From Desulfobacterales bacterium (GTDB taxonomy: Bacteria > Desulfobacterota > Desulfobacteria > Desulfobacterales > JAFDCJ01), in assembly GCA_049669725.1 (NCBI GenBank), contig JBATKU010000672.1, positions 9,286 to 73,285 on the forward strand: 64,000 nt of DNA, in the 5' to 3' direction. This document shows positions 18,139 to 28,109 of the stretch, one piece after another. Both the position numbers and the translations under genes were made by a program. Position 1 is the first letter of the stretch. Each line of letters opens with the position of its first letter. Below the pieces are notes generated by a model. The model made no database searches and had not been told where the DNA came from. It was given only the letters and a program-made list of their open reading frames with translations.

Positions 18139-19052
18139 TTTTGAACGGTATTATCGTTATCGATAAGCCCGCAGATATAACATCTGCCAGGGTTGTGTCG
18201 ATTGTAAAAAAAACGCTCCTTGCGAAAAAAGTCGGGCACGCCGGCACCCTGGACCCGTTTGCCGAAGGCGTACTGATATGTTGTGTCAATCAGGCCACAA
18301 GGCTGGCCGACTTTTTACTGCACGGTACTAAAAAATATATCGCCGAGCTAAAACTCGGAGAAGAAACGGATACCCAGGATTTAACCGGTACCGTAATCTC
18401 AAGCGCGGAGCCGGAAAATTATTCGACAGAAACCATAAAAAAGGTATTCAAAGCATTCGAAGGACCCCTTGAGCAGCTGCCACCGGTCTACTCGGCATTA
18501 AAGCACAAAGGTGTTCCGCTATATAAACTGGCCCGCAGCGGCCAACCGGTTCAAAAACCGCCCCGGCGAGTCGAGATTTACGGTATTACCATACTGAACA
18601 TAGCGCTGCCGTTAATCCGTTTTGAGGTTTTATGTTCAGCCGGAACCTATATCCGGACACTGGGAGCCGATATTGGGAAAGTGTTGGGTTGCGGCGGTCA
18701 TCTAAATGCGCTAAAACGGACTGCAAGCAGCGGATTTACCCTGGATCAGGCGGTATCATTATCCGCCTTAAAAAAATTAACCCCCGGCACCCGACAGCCG
18801 GAAAACTTCATCAGCATGGCGGACGCATTGCCGGAAATGCCCACATGCAAGGCTGATACCCATTTGGTAAAAAAGATCCGGCACGGTCAGAAGATCACAT
18901 TACGGGATCTCGCCGGCGCTGGCGGATTGGACGCCGGCCCTATTGCGGGTTCTAAAATAAAAGTTGTTGATCAAACAGGGGAACTTGTTGCAATATTAAA
19001 CTATCAAGAGCATGATCAGCAGTTAAATTACTGTTGCGTGTTTGCCAAGTAA
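18135..19052 (+). CDS. truB: tRNA pseudouridine(55) synthase
   Basis: KVGHAGTLDPFAEGVL contains the catalytic Asp. GTG start overlaps the nrnA stop. Confidence 0.92.
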   Translation: MILNGIIVIDKPADITSARVVSIVKKTLLAKKVGHAGTLDPFAEGVLICCVNQATRLADFLLHGTKKYIAELKLGEETDTQDLTGTVISSAEPENYSTETIKKVFKAFEGPLEQLPPVYSALKHKGVPLYKLARSGQPVQKPPRRVEIYGITILNIALPLIRFEVLCSAGTYIRTLGADIGKVLGCGGHLNALKRTASSGFTLDQAVSLSALKKLTPGTRQPENFISMADALPEMPTCKADTHLVKKIRHGQKITLRDLAGAGGLDAGPIAGSKIKVVDQTGELVAILNYQEHDQQLNYCCVFAK

Positions 19053-19134
19053 GATGCCTAATCCGGTCGAGCCGGAGTAAACCATGCAAGAACTCATTTC
19101 GAAGGATTCTTAACAAGAGGAGGCAAAAAAGAAA

Positions 19135-19404
19135 GTGACTTTCACAACCGATGATAAGAAGAAACTGATCGAGAAATTCAAGTTGCACGAGACCGATACA
19201 GGGTCCCCGGAAGTACAGGTTGGACTTTTGACCCACCGAATTTCTTATCTCACCGAGCATTTAAAGATTCACAAGAAAGATCACCATTCCCGCAGGGGCC
19301 TGTTGATGCTGGTCGGAAGACGTCGACGGCTTCTTAACTATGTCAAATACAAAGATGTCAACCGTTATCGGACAATTATTGAAACCCTGGGATTAAAAAA
19401 GTAA
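19135..19404 (+). CDS. rpsO: 30S ribosomal protein S15
   Basis: ..[39 protein letters not shown].. is canonical S15. GTG start with GAGGAGG upstream. Confidence 0.93.
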   Translation: MTFTTDDKKKLIEKFKLHETDTGSPEVQVGLLTHRISYLTEHLKIHKKDHHSRRGLLMLVGRRRRLLNYVKYKDVNRYRTIIETLGLKK

Positions 19405-19661
19405 ACAACCGGCCGCAATGCTTCTTTATGCCCATCCACACCAGAGGAAAATTGAAACCGGCGGTACCTAAATCACCACCCAATCTTCGCCCACTATTGT
19501 CGGGCAAGTTTCCCGATCAAAATTTGTTCTGTGGTCTTTGGTATCGCCCTATAGGTCCGGGATTTTACCGGAAAATGGCGACACGGACATTACTCAGATA
19601 GGCTTGTATTCGAATTTCAGGCAGATTCAGTTACAGTGTCGTTTAACAGTTAGGAGACAAC

Positions 19662-21761
19662 ATGGAAAATTTGTTTGAAGAAGAAATCGGCGGAAAAACT
19701 ATGAGCATTCAGACCGGCAAGGTTGCCAAGCAGGCATCCGGATCGGTTGTGGTCCAGTACGGCGACACCATCGTCCTGGTTACCACCGTATCCGCCCACG
19801 AAGAAAGAGCGTCCAGTTTTTTGCCCCTTACCGTCGAATATCAAGAAAAAATATATGCGGCCGGCCGGATCCCGGGTAACTATTTCCGCCGCGAAATCGG
19901 CCGTCCCAGTGAAAAAGAAACGTTGACGGCCCGCCTGATCGACCGGCCCATTCGCCCCCTGTTTCCAAAGCACTACCGCTACGAAACCCAGGTGATTGCA
20001 ACCGTCCTGTCCATGGACCAGGAAAATGACCCCGACACCCTGGCAATGGTAGGCGCTTCAGCGGCCCTTACGATTTCTGACATCCCCTTTGCCGGGCCCA
20101 TTGCCAGCGTACGGGTTTGCCGCATAGACGGCCAATTGAAAATAAATCCCGCCATACCGGAATGGGAAAACAGCGACATCAACATTATTGTCGCCGGCTC
20201 CAAGACCGGGGTGGTGATGGTGGAAGGCGGCGGAAATCTGGTCAGTGAGGCTGATATGCTGGAAGCCATATTATATGGTCACCAGGCCATGCAACCGCTG
20301 ATTGATATGCAGTTAAAACTTAAAGAATCCAACGGCGTGCCCAAAAGGCCGTTTACACCTCCGGAAAAAGATGAAAACCTGGTGCAACGGATAGAAACCG
20401 AAGCCTCGGCTCGCATCAAAGAAACCATTCTGATTCCAGAAAAAGTAAAGCGCAGCGCGGCTATGCGCAAACTTAAAACAGAGATTGTTGAAAATCTCGG
20501 TGAAGACTGGGCCGAGCGACAGTCAGAAGCCTATGAGGCCCTGGGTGATTTGCAGAAAAAAATCAGCCGGGATCTCATCCTGAAAGAAGGTCGTCGGATA
20601 GACGGCCGCCGGTTTGATGAAATCCGGCCGATTACCTGCGAGGTCGGCATCCTCCCCCGGCCCCACGGCAGCGGTCTTTTTACCCGGGGCGAAACCCAGG
20701 TGATCGGTGTGCTCACCCTGGGCTCCGGACAGGATGAGCAGCGGGTAGAAACGCTCAGCGGTGAAGAATTCCGTCCCTTTATGCTGCACTACAACTTTCC
20801 GCCCTATTCCGTCGGAGAGGTCAAACGCATGGGGGGGCCCAGCCGTCGGGATATCGGGCACGGCGGGTTGTCCACCCGCGCGATTGAAAAAATTCTGCCC
20901 GACAAAGAGGATTTTGACTATACGATTCGGCTGGTATCTGAGGTGTTGGAATCCAACGGATCATCCTCCATGGGAACCGTATGCTCATGCTGCCTGGCCC
21001 TCATGGACGGTGGCGTTCCCATCAAAGCACCGGTGGCCGGAATCGCCATGGGCCTTGTCAAAGAGGACGATCAGGTCGTCATCCTGTCCGACATTCTGGG
21101 CGATGAAGATCACACCGGTGATATGGATTTTAAAGTCGCCGGTACCCGGGAGGGAATTACAGCGCTTCAAATGGATATCAAAATCCTTGAACTGTCAAAG
21201 GACATCATGGAAAAAGCCCTGGAGCAGGCCAAAGCAGGGCGCTTGCATATCCTGGGCAAAATGGCGGAAGCACTGGAAAACCCGCGCCAGGAGATTTCCC
21301 CTTTTGCTCCGACCATTATCACCATTATGGTTAAACCGGATAAAATCCGCGAAATCATCGGCCCCGGTGGCAAGGTGATTCGCGGCATCCAGAGTGAAAC
21401 CGGCACCAGCGTTGAAATCGATGATTCCGGCACGGTAAAGGTAGCAGCGTTCTCCAAAGAGGAGGGCGACGCTGCTATTAAAATGATTGAAGAGCTTATC
21501 AGGGAACCGGAAGTCGGTGCCATTTACGAAGGCAAGGTTGTCAAAATTACGGATTTCGGCGCTTTTGTTCAGATAATGCCCGGCACCGATGGTCTGGTGC
21601 ACATCTCGCAACTGGCCAATCACCGGGTGACCAAAGTTTCCGATATCGTTAAGGAAGGTGACCAACTCAGGGTTAAGGTGCTTGAAATCAGCAGGGATGG
21701 AAAAATACGGCTGAGCCATAAAGTTTTATTGGATGAAGGAGATGGACGTGCCGATCGATAA
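19662..21761 (+). CDS. pnp: Polyribonucleotide nucleotidyltransferase (PNPase)
   Basis: 699 aa with two RNase PH domains, KH (..[11 protein letters not shown]..) and S1 (..[13 protein letters not shown]..). Confidence 0.97.
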   Translation: MENLFEEEIGGKTMSIQTGKVAKQASGSVVVQYGDTIVLVTTVSAHEERASSFLPLTVEYQEKIYAAGRIPGNYFRREIGRPSEKETLTARLIDRPIRPLFPKHYRYETQVIATVLSMDQENDPDTLAMVGASAALTISDIPFAGPIASVRVCRIDGQLKINPAIPEWENSDINIIVAGSKTGVVMVEGGGNLVSEADMLEAILYGHQAMQPLIDMQLKLKESNGVPKRPFTPPEKDENLVQRIETEASARIKETILIPEKVKRSAAMRKLKTEIVENLGEDWAERQSEAYEALGDLQKKISRDLILKEGRRIDGRRFDEIRPITCEVGILPRPHGSGLFTRGETQVIGVLTLGSGQDEQRVETLSGEEFRPFMLHYNFPPYSVGEVKRMGGPSRRDIGHGGLSTRAIEKILPDKEDFDYTIRLVSEVLESNGSSSMGTVCSCCLALMDGGVPIKAPVAGIAMGLVKEDDQVVILSDILGDEDHTGDMDFKVAGTREGITALQMDIKILELSKDIMEKALEQAKAGRLHILGKMAEALENPRQEISPFAPTIITIMVKPDKIREIIGPGGKVIRGIQSETGTSVEIDDSGTVKVAAFSKEEGDAAIKMIEELIREPEVGAIYEGKVVKITDFGAFVQIMPGTDGLVHISQLANHRVTKVSDIVKEGDQLRVKVLEISRDGKIRLSHKVLLDEGDGRADR

Positions 21762-23010
21762 AACCGTCCTTAAAAACGGCGTTCGGGTTCTTACCAAAAA
21801 AATGCCCCACACCCGCTCGGTGTCCATGGGGGTGTGGGTCGATGTGGGCGCCCGGGATGAAACCGAGACTGAAAGCGGGCTCGCCCACTTTATCGAGCAC
21901 ATGGTTTTTAAGGGTACCCGCAAACGCTCTGCCTATCAGATTGCCAAAGAATTTGATTCCATCGGCGGTCACACCAATGCCTTCACGACCATGGAAAATA
22001 CCTGCTACCATGCCAGGGTCATGGACACCCATACGGAGACCATGGTCGATATCCTCTCCGACATCTTTATCAACTCGGTATTTGACCCTGATGAAATGGA
22101 TAAAGAACGGCCGGTTATTCTGCAGGAAATCGGCATGGTTGAGGACAGCCCCGATGAATACGTCCATGTGCTTTCAGGCCATAATTTTTGGGGCGAGCAC
22201 CCGCTGGGGCAGTCCATTCTCGGCACACCGGAAAACATAATCCGATTTGATGCCGGAACGCTAAAAAATTTTCTCCACCGCCTGTATCAGCCCGAGCGCA
22301 TTCTAATTTCCGCTGCCGGCAATCTTGAACACAATTTTCTGGTAGACCTGATCAAGCCGGCCTTTGAAATCATCCCGACTGGAAAGGATTTTCCCCGGCG
22401 CCTGACGCCCCCCGATCGTTCAGTGGTTGATTTCAACCACCGCGATCTGGAGCAGATGCACATTTGCCTCAGCACCAGGGGATTGGCCATCACCGATCCG
22501 CGTCGTTACACGTTTTCCCTTTTGAACACCATCGTCGGCGGAAATATGAGTTCCAGGCTTTTTCAAGAGGTGCGGGAACGTCGGGGTCTGGCTTACAGCG
22601 TGTATTCCTTTATTTCTTCCCATGTGGATACCGGCATGTTCGGGTTCTATATGGGTGTTGATCCCAAGCGGGCACGTGAAACCATTCTGCTGGTTTTGGA
22701 CGAAATTATTAAATTGAAAACAGTGCCGGTTGAGGAATCAGAGCTGAAAGGCGCCATTGAGTATACCAAAGGCAGTTTATCACTGGCCTCGGAAAGTGCC
22801 GACAACCATATGGTACGAAACGCTCAGAATGAAATGCATTTTGGCGGCGATATTACCCTAGAGGAAATTATTGAAAAAATTGAAGCCGTCACCGCCGATG
22901 ATATCCTTGAACTGGCCGATGAACTCATCAACCCGGCTAAAATGACTTACACCCTGCTGGGACCGGTTGAAGACCACAAAATAGAATTGGGGAAAATATT
23001 ACCCAGTTAG
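21733..23010 (+). CDS. M16-family (pitrilysin-like) zinc peptidase
   Basis: Contains the [11 protein letters not shown] (HxxEH) motif. The true start may be GTG 21748, after AAGGAG. Confidence 0.88.
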   Translation: MKEMDVPIDKTVLKNGVRVLTKKMPHTRSVSMGVWVDVGARDETETESGLAHFIEHMVFKGTRKRSAYQIAKEFDSIGGHTNAFTTMENTCYHARVMDTHTETMVDILSDIFINSVFDPDEMDKERPVILQEIGMVEDSPDEYVHVLSGHNFWGEHPLGQSILGTPENIIRFDAGTLKNFLHRLYQPERILISAAGNLEHNFLVDLIKPAFEIIPTGKDFPRRLTPPDRSVVDFNHRDLEQMHICLSTRGLAITDPRRYTFSLLNTIVGGNMSSRLFQEVRERRGLAYSVYSFISSHVDTGMFGFYMGVDPKRARETILLVLDEIIKLKTVPVEESELKGAIEYTKGSLSLASESADNHMVRNAQNEMHFGGDITLEEIIEKIEAVTADDILELADELINPAKMTYTLLGPVEDHKIELGKILPS

Positions 23011-23077
23011 AATTGTAGTTTTTTCTTTAGACACTTCGGATCGGCGTTTACTTTACATGTTCGGGGCTTCGCTCCAA

Positions 23078-23240
23078 ATGGAATGGTGGAATGCTGGAAT
23101 ATTGGAAAAATGGATTCTGGAATTCTGGATGGAAGGGTTAATGATCCTCTGAAAGCGGCACGAAGATAAAGATTAAAGTAGATATTAACTTTTGAATACC
23201 CAATATTCCATCCTTCCACTATTCCAATATTCCATGATTG
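23078..23240. repeat. Octamer-array hairpin element (NNNTGGAA / NNNATTCC units), copy 1
   Basis: AAATGGAA TGGTGGAA TGCTGGAA TATTGGAA ... faces GAATACCC AATATTCC ATCCTTCC ACTATTCC AATATTCC. The right arm matches 62743-62791 at 45 of 49 positions. Confidence 0.8.
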
Positions 23241-23316
23241 AGGCAGAAACTCACGGCCCAAAAAATACCCCGCATTTCCAATTCAGGATTAGAGATTAAG
23301 AGGTGGTTAATTATCT

Positions 23317-23775
23317 ATGACTTCTTTCCCGGTAATAAAATTTTTACGGCTACGCCCCGAGTCGGATTCAGATATTCCCCTGCCCCGCTATATGACCCCT
23401 CAGTCCGCAGGCATGGACATCTGTACCGCTCCCACTGAAGCGGTGTTGCTGGAAAAGGGTAAAATAGCCATGCTGCCCACCGGATTTGCCATGGCGCTTC
23501 CGCAGGGATATGAAGCCCAGATCCGTCCCCGCAGCGGTCTGGCGGTAAAACATGGAATCGGGCTCATCAACTCCCCCGGCACCATCGATGCCGACTACCG
23601 TGGTGAGGTCATGATCGCGGTAATCAATCTTGGTCCGCAACCTTACACCTTTCACCGGGGAGACCGGGTTGCCCAGATGGTTATCCAAAGGGTCTACCAG
23701 GCCGAATTGCAGGAAGCGCAATATCTTGACGAAACCCGCCGAAACACCGGCGGATTCGGGCATACGGGCAAATAA
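23317..23775 (+). CDS. dut: dUTP diphosphatase
   Basis: 152 aa containing ..SAGMDI.., ..RPRSGLAVKHGI.., ..GTIDADYRGEV.., ..RGDRVAQ... Confidence 0.93.
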   Translation: MTSFPVIKFLRLRPESDSDIPLPRYMTPQSAGMDICTAPTEAVLLEKGKIAMLPTGFAMALPQGYEAQIRPRSGLAVKHGIGLINSPGTIDADYRGEVMIAVINLGPQPYTFHRGDRVAQMVIQRVYQAELQEAQYLDETRRNTGGFGHTGK

Positions 23776-23852
23776 GCTCATAGCTCGTAGCTCAAAGCTC
23801 ATAGTAAAATAAGATTTTTAATCCTTTAGCCTATCAGCTGTGAGCTATGAGC
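23776..23852. repeat. Heptamer-array hairpin (GCTCATA units) starting at the dut stop
   Basis: GCTCATA GCTCGTA GCTCAAA GCTCATA faces CTATCAGCTGTGAGCTATGAGC. Confidence 0.75.
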
Positions 23853-23878
23853 AATTCAGCAATTAATAATGCATAATT

Positions 23879-24694
23879 ATGGTAATGCGTTCTAATACCT
23901 CAAACGATATAATTCAGCAGGAATTTTCCCTGGCCGTCTGCACCCTGGCCAGCGGAAGCAAAGGCAATGCCACCTATATATCGGACGGTGAAACATCAAT
24001 TCTCGTTGATGCCGGCTTATCCGGCATTGAGATTCAGCGCCGTTTAACATCGAGGGATCTGTCCCCCGAAGATCTGGATGCGATAATCGTCACCCACGAA
24101 CATTCCGATCATGTCCGAGGGGTCGGCATTCTCTCGCGCCGTTATAATTTGCCGGTATACATCAATCCCAAAACGCACAAAGCCTGCCCCGGCCTTGGAA
24201 GGCTGTATAAAACCAGGCCCTTTGAATGCGGAACGACCTTCCATTTCAACAATCTGGCCGTTCATCCTTTTGCCATATCTCACGATGCTGAAGACCCGGC
24301 CGGCTTTACCATCGGCCAGAACGGAACCACCATTGGAATCGCCACCGATCTTGGAATCGCTACCGCCATGGTCAGGCAACACTTAAAACACTGCGCACTG
24401 CTGATCCTGGAAGCCAATCACGATCTGACGATGCTGGAAACCGGCCCCTATCCCTGGCCCCTGAAACAGCGCATCCGGGGCCGAACCGGCCACCTGTCCA
24501 ATCCGGATTCTAAAAAACTGTTGAACGAGTTGCAGCACGACGACCTCCAGCATGTTATCCTGGGACACTTAAGTGAAATCAACAATACCCCTCAAAAAGC
24601 CTTTGACGAAGTATCCGGGGCAATTACCCGCTGCAACGCCGAGCTGACGGTAGCGGACCAGTATAGTTCAGGACCAGTAATTTATCTGAAATAA
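23879..24694 (+). CDS. MBL-fold metallo-hydrolase
   Basis: Has the THEHSDH motif and an overall beta-lactamase-fold layout; 271 aa. Confidence 0.85.
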   Translation: MVMRSNTSNDIIQQEFSLAVCTLASGSKGNATYISDGETSILVDAGLSGIEIQRRLTSRDLSPEDLDAIIVTHEHSDHVRGVGILSRRYNLPVYINPKTHKACPGLGRLYKTRPFECGTTFHFNNLAVHPFAISHDAEDPAGFTIGQNGTTIGIATDLGIATAMVRQHLKHCALLILEANHDLTMLETGPYPWPLKQRIRGRTGHLSNPDSKKLLNELQHDDLQHVILGHLSEINNTPQKAFDEVSGAITRCNAELTVADQYSSGPVIYLK

Positions 24695-24995
24695 CGGGCT
24701 GATCTCAGAACTTTCCCGATGTCTCCCTGATATAAACCGGAGCAATCTGCAATTTGGGGCTGAAAATTATTAGGTTACCAGAAGAAATATTCAAGATGAT
24801 GTGATGGTATATTCTAGCCGCAATCGCACCTTTCGCAAAATTAGCGATTGCGTATACCTAATATACAATCTTGGATAGTAACGTTAGCAAATCTCAAACG
24901 GCTCCATTCTCACAATACCACTAAAGGCAAGGCCGTTTCGGTGCCGCCAGTAGCCAAAAGGTGTAAAGGTCAATCAGCATAGCCTGATTGCCTTA

Positions 24996-25319
24996 TTAGT
25001 AACGCCCTCTGCCGCGTCTATCTCCCCCTCCGCGTCTATTTTCCTGTCCTCCTTTATCGCTACCGCGACGGTTGTCAGTGTGAGACCGAGCCTCATTGAC
25101 GGTAATCGTTCTCCCTTTCAGGGCCGTCCCATTTAAAGCTTCGATTGCAGACTGAGCCTCAGTTTGAACGGGCATTTCCACGAATCCAAAGCCTTTTGAG
25201 CGACCACTTTGTTTATCCTCGATAACAGTTGCGGACGCGACCTGCCCAAAGGCCTCAAAAGCCTGGTGCAAATCTTCTTCGGTGACATTGTATGAGAGGT
25301 TGCCAATGAAAATGTTCAT
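24996..25319 (-). CDS. RRM-type RNA-binding protein with a Gly/Arg-rich tail
   Basis: MNIFIGNLSY (RNP2) and KGFGFVEM (RNP1). GGGAG lies 7 nt upstream of ATG 25319. The tail reads RRGGGDRRGRGRY. Confidence 0.9.
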   Translation of the reverse strand: MNIFIGNLSYNVTEEDLHQAFEAFGQVASATVIEDKQSGRSKGFGFVEMPVQTEAQSAIEALNGTALKGRTITVNEARSHTDNRRGSDKGGQENRRGGGDRRGRGRY

Positions 25320-25500
25320 TTTAATCTCCCTTTTGTAAAACCTAAATCTTTGATGCCTTTTTAATACCTGCAATACTTGCCAAAATCGCAGTTTGCAGTT
25401 TTACAGGGATTATCGCAGACATTTATATCACAAGGTTTTCCGTGCTGTCAAAAGCTGAGAGATATAGAACCAGATCTCTCGCCCCCAGCATGCAAAGGTG

Positions 25501-25528
25501 AGCCTAAAAAGATGTCCTTAAAAGTCAA
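25501..25528 (-). promoter_or_regulatory. Candidate sigma-70 promoter for the RRM gene (TTGACT-16 nt-TAGGCT), implying a 5' UTR of roughly 170-180 nt
   Basis: Read on the minus strand, with an AT-rich UP-like tract upstream. Not validated. Confidence 0.3.
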
Positions 25529-26103
25529 GGCTTCTTTATAAAATAATTTTACTTCATTGACTTTGCACAATTCATGCATAAATTAAGAACAGTAGTTAAG
25601 TGCCACACCAACTTCAGCACCTACAAAATAAACCATGGGATGGCTCTCTTAGAGCCTCCAGAGGTTATAATTAAAAAAAGGGGGTTTGGCGGTGGCACTT
25701 AACAGATTTCTCGGGTGTGCGTGCATCTTTTATTATGGATTTTAACGGCACCTTTGAATTCCACTCATCTTTTAACCCCCAATAAGGGCCGCCTGTGAAG
25801 AAACTACTCAAAGCTCCTTAACTATGCTCCCAAATATGATGGGGATGTTCGGTCGGAAGGTAGCGACCCTTCATTTCCCTATTGGATACCACCAAGATCA
25901 TCTTACCGCATCTTTTAACCTTAACCACTTAGAGCCGTTCACCAAGACAAAGTCAACTCGATTCCTTTTACATAGGAGGATGTTCCCTTGAGGAAAATAC
26001 TCAAATGGTGCCGGCGTTGCTTCTGATAGAATGAATGTGATCTGTCGCGAGCTTCAAATGCTATTTGGTTCGTATACATAATAAGATAAAAGGAGGGTAT
26101 CAA

Positions 26104-26454
26104 ATGAAACCAGAAAATGCAGGCAAGGTTAAGTTTGGAGTTTGGGGCCTTATTTGCGGGGCAGTCATCGCAATGATCATCGGTTTTGCGTGGGGGGGTT
26201 GGACAACCTCCCCCACTACCCGAAAGATGTCCGAAGAGGCGGTCTTGGCGAGTCAGGCGGCGATCTGCGTTGCCCAATTTATGAAGGAACCGAACCATAA
26301 AGAGAAACTTAAAGAATTAGCGGAATTAAGTACATGGAAGAGGCCTGAATTCATTGAAAAAGAAGGCTGGGATAAAATGCCCGGCCAAGAAAAGGCTGAC
26401 TATTCTGTAAGCCGAGCATGCGCCGATGGGCTTGAACTTCTTTTCGAAAAATGA
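26104..26454 (+). CDS. Hypothetical single-pass membrane protein
   Basis: AAGGAGGG lies before ATG 26104. One hydrophobic helix (FGVWGLICGAVIAMIIGFAWGGW). No family recognised. Confidence 0.55.
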   Translation: MKPENAGKVKFGVWGLICGAVIAMIIGFAWGGWTTSPTTRKMSEEAVLASQAAICVAQFMKEPNHKEKLKELAELSTWKRPEFIEKEGWDKMPGQEKADYSVSRACADGLELLFEK

Positions 26455-26654
26455 GATGGATGAAATAGCTGTTAAAGGTGATTCACAATTTATTTTATGT
26501 AGGTCATATTTTTTGCGGATAATCTTCTTTCAGCGACAAGCATTAGGAGTTCTGCATTAAGAGTCAAGACTAAAATCGACATAACGAAAAAGTTGATGAT
26601 CAATTGGCAAAAAGCCCGACTAATCGGGAACGAGACAGAAAGGAGTGTGTCAAC

Positions 26655-26996
26655 ATGCAGGTAGAACGAATGAAGGTTGCGCCCGTTACAACAGCGTATG
26701 CAGACGGGGAGCAGCGCAAGCTAATAGTGGAGTTCGCAATCCCAGGAGCACCAACGGAGACCATCGATGTAAAGATCCTCAAAGATAGTGTCCATTTATT
26801 GGCGCCCGCAAGGGACCTTGAGTACGTTTCGGCACTGGCTTTGGGTTGGCCGGTGAAACCTGAAAAAGCTGAAGCGACTTACGAGCACGGATTGCTCCGA
26901 ATTGAGGTGCCTTTCAAAGATCCAATGGAAGATGCGGTGACAGTCGCCATCAAGCCAGGCAAGGGGAAAACCAAGACCAAAAAAATTACAGCCTGA
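26655..26996 (+). CDS. Hsp20/alpha-crystallin-family small heat-shock protein
   Basis: AAAGGAG lies before ATG 26655. The end ..ATYEHGLLRIEVPFKDP.. is a typical ACD terminus. Confidence 0.7.
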   Translation: MQVERMKVAPVTTAYADGEQRKLIVEFAIPGAPTETIDVKILKDSVHLLAPARDLEYVSALALGWPVKPEKAEATYEHGLLRIEVPFKDPMEDAVTVAIKPGKGKTKTKKITA

Positions 26997-27051
26997 TGAC
27001 CCGCTAGTGAGCTGGGTTTTTAATAGCGGGAAAACACAATTGATATTGAAG

Positions 27052-27088
27052 CCCTGTCTCATTGCGGTAGACAGGGTTTTTTGTTTTT
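27052..27088 (+). terminator. Rho-independent terminator of the Hsp20 gene
   Basis: CCCTGTCT-9 nt-AGACAGGG followed by TTTTTTGTTTTT. It overlaps the last codons of the convergent J-domain ORF. Confidence 0.65.
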
Positions 27089-27394
27089 ATCGGTACGGGA
27101 GAAAAACCTATCAATCTCATCAAGCAGCGATCTCCTGCTTTCTATAATCTCGGAAACTCGTGTGATTCTTATCTCCGATCCCTGTCGAGCGAGCTCTTTG
27201 TCATATCGCCTGCGTTTCACCTTGTCACCCAAGGTCTCATAGGCTTCCCGGATCTCCCGGAACTTCTCCGCGCCATCCTGCAACGCGGAAACTTCGGGAT
27301 GGTGCTTCTTTACAACCCTTCGGTGGGCCTTCTTGATTTTGTTTAAATCGGCCCCCCTGCTGATGCCCACTACGAGGTAGTAATCCTTTGGCAT
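27059..27394 (-). CDS. J-domain protein (short, HPE instead of HPD)
   Basis: DYYLVVGISRGADLNKIKKAHRRVVKKHHPE....KFREIREAYETLGDKVKRRRYD is a clear J-domain fold signature. Confidence 0.8.
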   Translation of the reverse strand: MPKDYYLVVGISRGADLNKIKKAHRRVVKKHHPEVSALQDGAEKFREIREAYETLGDKVKRRRYDKELARQGSEIRITRVSEIIESRRSLLDEIDRFFSRTDKNKKPCLPQ

Positions 27395-27495
27395 TGCATG
27401 TTCCTCCTCGGTCGGGAATACGCCGCAGCTCCGAAATCACATGAGATGCCGAGCATGTGCCTACTCGGGGAAATTGCAAGTTTCTGAGTTACCAC

Positions 27496-27627
27496 TCATC
27501 CTGTCTTCACCTCGATCTTCAGGGGCGCCGCCGCCTTGATCTTGGGTCTCAACCGGAGAACCCCTTCTCTCAGCTCAGCCTCGATATAATCCAGCCCAAT
27601 TAATGTTTCTTTCGAAGTGAAATACAA
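27496..27627 (-). pseudogene. Hsp20 C-terminal remnant (or 43-aa mini-ORF)
   Basis: My translation gives (TTG)YFTSKETLIGLDYIEAELREGVLRLRPKIKAAAPLKIEVKTG*. It matches only the last beta-strands of an alpha-crystallin domain, and no N-terminal part is present. Confidence 0.4.
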
Positions 27628-27787
27628 AGAATTTTAGTTTTCAATTAATTTCCTACCGCACTCATCAAGGTTGACATTAAATAGTGCAATCCCTTTCCAG
27701 CAAATAAATCGGAAAAAACAACATTTCCCAGAGCCGGTTAGTTATCTCCGGTGACTTCCTTTTCAACCAAATAATCCGCCAGCGAAA

Positions 27788-27991
27788 TCAATTACCGTCG
27801 GATTTTTCGTTGTCTTTCTTCGGCGAAGTCTCTTCGCTGCCGTACACCTCAACATAGGCGTCATGTGAGCTGCAACCTTTTTCCCAGTGATTTCTCACTT
27901 TCTTGCCGATAAATGAATCCGGATATTTGCGCCCGATGTTGCAGCCGGGGCAGATCTTGCTCCATCCTGCCAGCACTTTTTTCATTTCCAT
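27788..27991 (-). CDS. Hypothetical small Cys-containing protein (67 aa)
   Basis: GGAG lies 6 nt before ATG 27991. Sequence MEMKKVLAGWSKICPGCNIG...GCSSHD, with an acidic/lysine tail. No family recognised. Confidence 0.5.
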   Translation of the reverse strand: MEMKKVLAGWSKICPGCNIGRKYPDSFIGKKVRNHWEKGCSSHDAYVEVYGSEETSPKKDNEKSDGN

Positions 27992-28092
27992 GATTGTCTC
28001 CTTTCTGCAGGCGTACTGGTCTGCCATATAAAAGTTCGAAACTGTTCGGTGCGAAAATCTTAAATAAAAGGTATTCGCCTCACTTTAGCATC

Positions 28093-28109
28093 TGCAAATG
28101 AATTGCCAA
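28093..28109 (-). promoter_or_regulatory. Sigma-54 (-24/-12) promoter
   Basis: The minus strand reads TTGGCAATTCATTTGCA, matching TGGCAC-N5-TTGCA with correct GG-N10-GC spacing. It lies about 100 nt upstream of ATG 27991. Confidence 0.5.
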
